Source of the DNA: Bacillota bacterium
GTDB lineage: Bacteria; Bacillota; Clostridia; Christensenellales; SZUA-584
DNA length: 64,000 bases
Reading direction: 5' to 3'
Assembly (NCBI GenBank): GCA_023428025.1
Contig: JAEYZN010000021.1
Coordinates: 108,085-172,084, forward strand
Positions 56,355 through 64,000 of the stretch are shown here, piece by piece. Made by a program: the position numbers and the translations under genes. Below the pieces are notes generated by a model. That model saw nothing but the letters and a program-made list of their open reading frames with translations. It did no database searches and was not told the origin of the DNA. Position 1 is the stretch's first letter. Each line of letters starts with the position of its first letter.

Positions 56355-57143
56355 TCAAACAAACAAATAGGGCGCTTTTTCGCACTTGGCTTTTTCAAAG
56401 CCTAAATGTAATTGTACCTCATTCAGGCATGATTGTAAACTCATAAATATCTCGCTCACGAAACCTTGTTCGGTGGCGTAATGGCCAGCGTCTACCAGCA
56501 GCAGCCCGCACGCCTCCGCTTCCAGGAAATGATGATGCTTGGCCTCCCCTGTTACCAGCACGTCCGCGCCCGCTTCTTTCGCCGCCGACACAAAATCACC
56601 GCCGCTGCCCCCCAGCACCGCGACAGTTGTTACAGTGCCGTGAGGCCAGTTTGACACCCGCAACCCGTCCACCGCCAGCGCTTGCTTGACACGGCGTAAA
56701 AACGCGTCTTTTTCCATCGCTTCGTCCAGGTTACCCACGCGCATCAGGCCGTCCTCCGGCCCGGCTGCCGTGGCCACATCTGTCAGCGCCAGTTTTTTTG
56801 CCAGCATGTCGTTGATACCGCCTGCCGTTTTGTCGAACGTGGTATGCGCGGCGTACAGCGATATGCCGCTGCGAATCAGGCTCATGATCACAGCGTCCGT
56901 TTGTCTGCGGTGGTCCAGCGCCTTCACCGCGGAAAACAGCGTCGGGTGGTGCGCGAGGATCATGTCGAACCCGCCTGATACCGCCTCGTTTGCCACCGCC
57001 ATCGTGGCATCCAGCGCAATCAGGACGCGGGATACCGTTTCGCCGCACCGCAGCAGCAGGCCGGAGTTGTCCCATTCGCACGCCAGCTTCATCGGCGCAA
57101 TCGTCTCCACCACCTGAACAAATTCGTCCATCGTCACAGGCAT
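56355..57143 (-). CDS. Nif3-like dinuclear metal centre protein
   Basis: 262 aa with an NIF3/YqfO-type sequence (WDNSGLL, ILAHHP, GHYATE). Overlaps trmK by 10 nt. Confidence 0.88.
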   Translation of the reverse strand: MPVTMDEFVQVVETIAPMKLACEWDNSGLLLRCGETVSRVLIALDATMAVANEAVSGGFDMILAHHPTLFSAVKALDHRRQTDAVIMSLIRSGISLYAAHTTFDKTAGGINDMLAKKLALTDVATAAGPEDGLMRVGNLDEAMEKDAFLRRVKQALAVDGLRVSNWPHGTVTTVAVLGGSGGDFVSAAKEAGADVLVTGEAKHHHFLEAEACGLLLVDAGHYATEQGFVSEIFMSLQSCLNEVQLHLGFEKAKCEKAPYLFV

Positions 57144-57817
57144 TTCGCCACCTCCTCATAATGCGCGAGCTTTTCCTCAACCTCGCTTAGCAGTTCGGCC
57201 TTTCGCGGCGAGGCGGACCTCTCCAGCCGGACCAGTATATCTTTGGTTTTCCGTATGCGCTTGTCCACCAGCCGTCGCAGCGTCTCCGGTTTGTTCTTCA
57301 GCAGCACCGGGCCAAACTCGCACTCAGCCGCGCTCAGTTTATGGCTTTGGCCCCGCTTTACCCGCATCACCGGATAGAAATGCCATCTCTCCTCGATCAG
57401 TGTCTCATCGTCGAAAACGTAGCCGTTATCCGCCAGCCATTCGCGCAAAATATCGGCGGACGTGTGGCAGGACAGCACCAGCGTATCGGGCGTTTTACCC
57501 ATGCCGGCCTCCAGTATGGCCACGATCAGCTCGCCGCCCATACCGGCGATCACCGCCGCATCGGCTTCGTCTGCGGTCAGTATGGAGAGTCCGCTGCCCA
57601 CGCGCGTTGATATTCGCTCGGACAACTCCTCTCTTGCCGCCAGCCGCCGCGCCTTGTCCAGCGACGGCGCACTGATGTCGCCGCAGATCACGCGCCGGGC
57701 CCGGCCGCTCTGTACCAGCCAAACCGCCAGCTTGCCATGATCGCAGCCGATGTCCGCCACCGTATCCGTATATGGCACCATCTCCGCGATGGCCAACAGT
57801 CTGCCGGACAGTTCCAT
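57134..57817 (-). CDS. trmK: tRNA (adenine22-N1)-methyltransferase
   Basis: 227 aa with SAM-binding motif VADIGCDHGKLAV. It lies in the conserved sigA-trmK-nif3 neighbourhood. Confidence 0.85.
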   Translation of the reverse strand: MELSGRLLAIAEMVPYTDTVADIGCDHGKLAVWLVQSGRARRVICGDISAPSLDKARRLAAREELSERISTRVGSGLSILTADEADAAVIAGMGGELIVAILEAGMGKTPDTLVLSCHTSADILREWLADNGYVFDDETLIEERWHFYPVMRVKRGQSHKLSAAECEFGPVLLKNKPETLRRLVDKRIRKTKDILVRLERSASPRKAELLSEVEEKLAHYEEVAKCL

Positions 57818-57840
57818 CCCGTCTCCTCTCAGCAGCGATT

Positions 57841-57871
57841 AAAAAGGCAGCCCCGTTTTCCAAGACTGCCT
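57841..57871 (-). terminator. intrinsic terminator after rpoD
   Basis: Minus-strand RNA: AGGCAGTC-TTGGAAAACG-GGCTGCCT followed by TTTTAAT. Confidence 0.5.
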
Positions 57872-57897
57872 CATTTTCCTTTTAACCAGGACCGCCG

Positions 57898-59151
<1,254 letters not shown>

Positions 59152-59177
59152 AATTTAATCACCCTTATTCACTACCG

Positions 59178-60926
59178 TTATAGTTGTTTCAATTCTTTAT
59201 CCAACTCACCGATCTCGGCGAGCAACTTACGCTTCTGCTCTCCCTGGGCCTCACGAAGTTCATTTCTCAACGCTTCGCGCCTTTTCTCAATCCGGCGCTG
59301 CTTGATTCCCGTCAGGCAATCCCGCATATATGCCAGCGGATCACCCGCCACCGTCTGCAGCCCGGCCAGCCGCGCCGCCTCACTGATCGCCTCGTCTTCC
59401 TCAAGTTCGGATAATAGTTCGGCATACGTTGGCTGAATTCCTTTTTTTGCGCTGTCATATAACGCAGAAAAAATAATTTTATGCGGATTCCGTTCAAATA
59501 ATTCCGGGCTCACTTTGCCGTCCATCTGGTTGAGCAGCAGCGTGTGCGCCATCGCATAGGCCAAAAACGTCTCTTCCGCATCGTCATGCGCACTTTTTTC
59601 TATATTATTATACCTGTTATTGGCATTAGTATTCTTTTCACGTTCTAATCTTTGCATCTGCCCCAAAATGGAGGCGGCGCTGAAACCCGTCTCTTTTGAC
59701 ACCTGCTCCGCGTACCGTTCCCGCCGGATGGCGCTGTCAATCTGCGCGATGATCTTGGATGCCTCTTCCGCGTAGCCCTCTTTGCCATCCTCGGAAGTCA
59801 GGTCAAAGCCTCTCTTCTTTATCTCCAAGCGGTAGCTGTCGGGAGACAGTGCGGTTTTCACCTTGCCCGCAAAGCCCTTAAGGCCGTGCTTGCGGATGAA
59901 ATCGTCCGGGTCCATCCCGGCCTCGAAGCGAATCACACGGATGTTGAGACCTTCCGCCTGCAGGATCCCCAGCGCTTTCTGCGTCGCGATCTCACCCGCT
60001 TCGTCGCCGTCGTACGCCAGAAACACATTCTCGGTGTACCGTTTGAGCAGCACCGCCTGTTCCCGCGTGAGCGCGGTGCCCAGAGAGGCCACTGCCGCCT
60101 TGACGCCGTGCGCGCACAGCGACACCACGTCCATATACCCTTCGACGATGACGGCGCTGTTTATGTTCCGCTGGCGGCGCAGCAGATCGATACCGTACAG
60201 GTTGCGGCGCTTGTTGAACAGCAGCGTGTCCCGCGTATTCAGGTACTTGGGCTCGCCGTCGCCGATCACCCGGCCGCCGAACGCGATCACGTCGCCGAAC
60301 ACGTTGATGATGGGAAACATCACGCGGTTCCGGAACGTATCGAAGCTCTTGCCGTTCTTCACCGACACCAGCCCGCTCTCGGCGATCAGGTCCGGCGGAT
60401 AGCCGTTGCCCGCCAGCAGCCGTGCCACACTGTCCCAGCTGTCCGGCGCAAACCCGAGGCCGAACCGGCGTATCGCCTCCTCGCCGATGCCGCGCCGCTT
60501 CAGGTATTCCAGCGCCCGGGCGCCTGCAGGCGCATGCAGCGTATCAAAGTAATACCGCGCGGCCAACCGGTGCATGTCGGCCAGCTTCTTCTTCTTTTCC
60601 TTGATCTCGCGGAATTCCCTGTCTTCCATCGCCTGCGGCACCGCCATGCCGACGCGGCGCGCCAGCACCTCCACCGCTTCGCCAAACGTCAGGCTGTCCG
60701 CCTTCATGATAAAGTTGGTGACGTTACCGCCCTGCTTGCAGCCGAAGCAATAGTAAAGCTGACGGTCGCGGCTCACAGAAAAGGACGGTGTCTTCTCGTT
60801 ATGGAACGGACACAGTCCCCAATGCCGCCCGCCGCGCTCGGTGAGCGTGGTATATGAAGAAATCACGTCCACGATGTCGTTCTTCGCGTACAATTCCGAC
60901 AACCAGACGTCGTCAAATCGGGCCAC
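59178..60926 (-). CDS. dnaG: DNA primase
   Basis: 582 aa with zinc finger CPFHNEKTPSF...CFGC and TOPRIM EGYMDV. Confidence 0.93.
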   Translation of the reverse strand: MARFDDVWLSELYAKNDIVDVISSYTTLTERGGRHWGLCPFHNEKTPSFSVSRDRQLYYCFGCKQGGNVTNFIMKADSLTFGEAVEVLARRVGMAVPQAMEDREFREIKEKKKKLADMHRLAARYYFDTLHAPAGARALEYLKRRGIGEEAIRRFGLGFAPDSWDSVARLLAGNGYPPDLIAESGLVSVKNGKSFDTFRNRVMFPIINVFGDVIAFGGRVIGDGEPKYLNTRDTLLFNKRRNLYGIDLLRRQRNINSAVIVEGYMDVVSLCAHGVKAAVASLGTALTREQAVLLKRYTENVFLAYDGDEAGEIATQKALGILQAEGLNIRVIRFEAGMDPDDFIRKHGLKGFAGKVKTALSPDSYRLEIKKRGFDLTSEDGKEGYAEEASKIIAQIDSAIRRERYAEQVSKETGFSAASILGQMQRLEREKNTNANNRYNNIEKSAHDDAEETFLAYAMAHTLLLNQMDGKVSPELFERNPHKIIFSALYDSAKKGIQPTYAELLSELEEDEAISEAARLAGLQTVAGDPLAYMRDCLTGIKQRRIEKRREALRNELREAQGEQKRKLLAEIGELDKELKQL

Positions 60927-61972
60927 TAAATCTTTTCCCAGCCTTTCGGTATGTAGATATCGCGGAACAGCTTGACGGCGTACCGATCCGTCATGCCCGC
61001 GATGTAGTCCGTTACAGCCTGCTTGATGCCGTCTGCTTCCATACGCTGCAACACCTCCGGTCCTATTTTAGCAGGGTTGTCCATAAAAAATCCGTACAGC
61101 ATGCGGATCATGTTTTCCGCCTTGCCCTCCTCATCCTTGGCCACAGACCCGAGATACACATTCTCAAACATGAACCGCCGCAGCATATCCGTCAGCGCCG
61201 CCACGTCAGCCGACATGCGTATGACAGGCTGTTCCACGCTGCTCCTCACAATATCGGTGATCATCGTGTTGATGCGTTCGCCATGGGTATGCCCCAGCCC
61301 CTTCGCGCACTCTTCGGGGATATGGTTGATGATACCCGCCCGCAGCGCGTCGTCGATATCATGGTTGATATAGGCGATCCTGTCCGCGTAGTTGACGACC
61401 AGGCCTTCCAGCGTGGCGGGCTGGCAACCCTTTTTGTGTTTGAGTATGCCGTCGCGCACCTCGAAGGTCAGGTTCAGTCCCGTTCCGTTCTCCAGCTTTT
61501 CCACCACGCGCAGGCTCTGCTCGTTATGCTCAAAATGCCCGGTCAGCTCGGCCAGCACCCGTTCGCCCGCGTGGCCGAACGGCGTATGCCCGAGATCGTG
61601 CCCCAGCGCGATGGCTTCCGTCAGGTCCTCGTTCAGACGCAGGCACCGCGAAATGGTCCGCGCGATCTGCGACACCTCCAACGTGTGCGTCAGCCGCGTC
61701 CGATAATGGTCGCCCTCGGGCGAGAGAAAGACCTGCGTTTTGTGCTTCAGTCGCCGGAAGGATTTGCAATGGATGATGCGGTCGCGGTCACGCTGAAAAT
61801 CCGTACGCAGCGGGCATGGCTCCATCGGGCGCTCCCGCCCTTTGGATTGTGCTGCCTTTGCCGCATACGGTGAAAGCCACTCGAATTCATTTCGTTCGCT
61901 GACTTGGCGAAAGGTATCATTTAAATCCATATTTAAATAGTTATACGCAAAACGAAAAAGTCCTGCCCGCAT
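60926..61972 (-). CDS. dgt: dGTP triphosphohydrolase-like HD-domain protein
   Basis: HD motif LGHDLGHTPFGH. Its stop overlaps the dnaG start by 1 nt. The start is uncertain (ATG at 61972 or 61930; neither has a clear SD). Confidence 0.82.
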   Translation of the reverse strand: MRAGLFRFAYNYLNMDLNDTFRQVSERNEFEWLSPYAAKAAQSKGRERPMEPCPLRTDFQRDRDRIIHCKSFRRLKHKTQVFLSPEGDHYRTRLTHTLEVSQIARTISRCLRLNEDLTEAIALGHDLGHTPFGHAGERVLAELTGHFEHNEQSLRVVEKLENGTGLNLTFEVRDGILKHKKGCQPATLEGLVVNYADRIAYINHDIDDALRAGIINHIPEECAKGLGHTHGERINTMITDIVRSSVEQPVIRMSADVAALTDMLRRFMFENVYLGSVAKDEEGKAENMIRMLYGFFMDNPAKIGPEVLQRMEADGIKQAVTDYIAGMTDRYAVKLFRDIYIPKGWEKI

Positions 61973-62046
61973 CCGCGATTATCGCTGCTCACAGGTGGGG
62001 TTTGCCGACATAATTTATCGTTTATTCACAAGTTCGCTTACTAATG

Positions 62047-62078
62047 AAAAGCGGGGCAGCTTTGAAACTGCACCCGCT
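62047..62078 (-). terminator. intrinsic terminator after ppdK
   Basis: Minus-strand RNA: AGCGGGTGCAG-TTTCAAAG-CTGCCCCGCT (one mismatch) followed by TTTCATT. Confidence 0.5.
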
Positions 62079-62096
62079 TATAATCGTTATATAAAT

Positions 62097-64000
<1,904 letters not shown>

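Noticed and set aside
60854-61873. 339-aa plus-strand ORF opposite the dGTPase-like gene.
   Set aside because: It is antisense to an HD-domain gene with a clear catalytic motif, and its translation is low-complexity.

Overview
This 64-kb chromosomal window is densely packed and almost unidirectional. About 50 genes are called, and all but three (a hypothetical at 25825-26403, rpsT, asnB) are on the minus strand. Gene content suggests a moderately GC-rich, endospore-lineage Firmicute of class Clostridia: ctsR-mcsA-mcsB-clpC, cwlD, GerMN lipoproteins, CotH, SpoVD/SpoVE-like dcw genes and a type-A RNase P RNA. That taxonomic call is an inference.

Layout from left to right:
- lysA and a UPF0126 membrane protein
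- the class III heat-shock operon ctsR-mcsA-mcsB-clpC, with a recognisable CtsR operator
- cwlD, tsaD, gcvH, cysS
- a complete dcw cell-division/cell-wall cluster: mraZ-rsmH-ftsL-PBP-murE-mraY-murD-ftsW-murA-ftsQ-ftsA-ftsZ, with phased MraZ-box-like repeats in its promoter
- a CotH / VTC-domain / DUF4956 three-gene module
- two zinc-ribbon membrane proteins
- rpsT, holA, comEC, an MBL hydrolase, an ECF S component, asnB
- a two-component system followed by two GerMN lipoproteins
- a YgiQ radical SAM gene directly downstream of a 2775-aa cyclic beta-1,2-glucan-synthase-like giant gene
- rnpB (RNase P RNA)
- trmK, nif3 and a COG1579-like gene, then the dgt-dnaG-rpoD block, then the 3' two-thirds of ppdK, which runs off the right edge

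I found no tRNA or rRNA genes, CRISPR array, transposase, integrase, phage genes or recognisable defence system. Most of the window is core housekeeping.

The best candidates for undescribed biology are:
1. the CotH-VTC-DUF4956 module
2. the giant GT84/GH94-like glucan synthase in an apparent monoderm, coupled to ygiQ
3. the histidine kinase/response regulator pair coupled to two GerMN lipoproteins

All family assignments come from reading motifs in the translations, not from searches.
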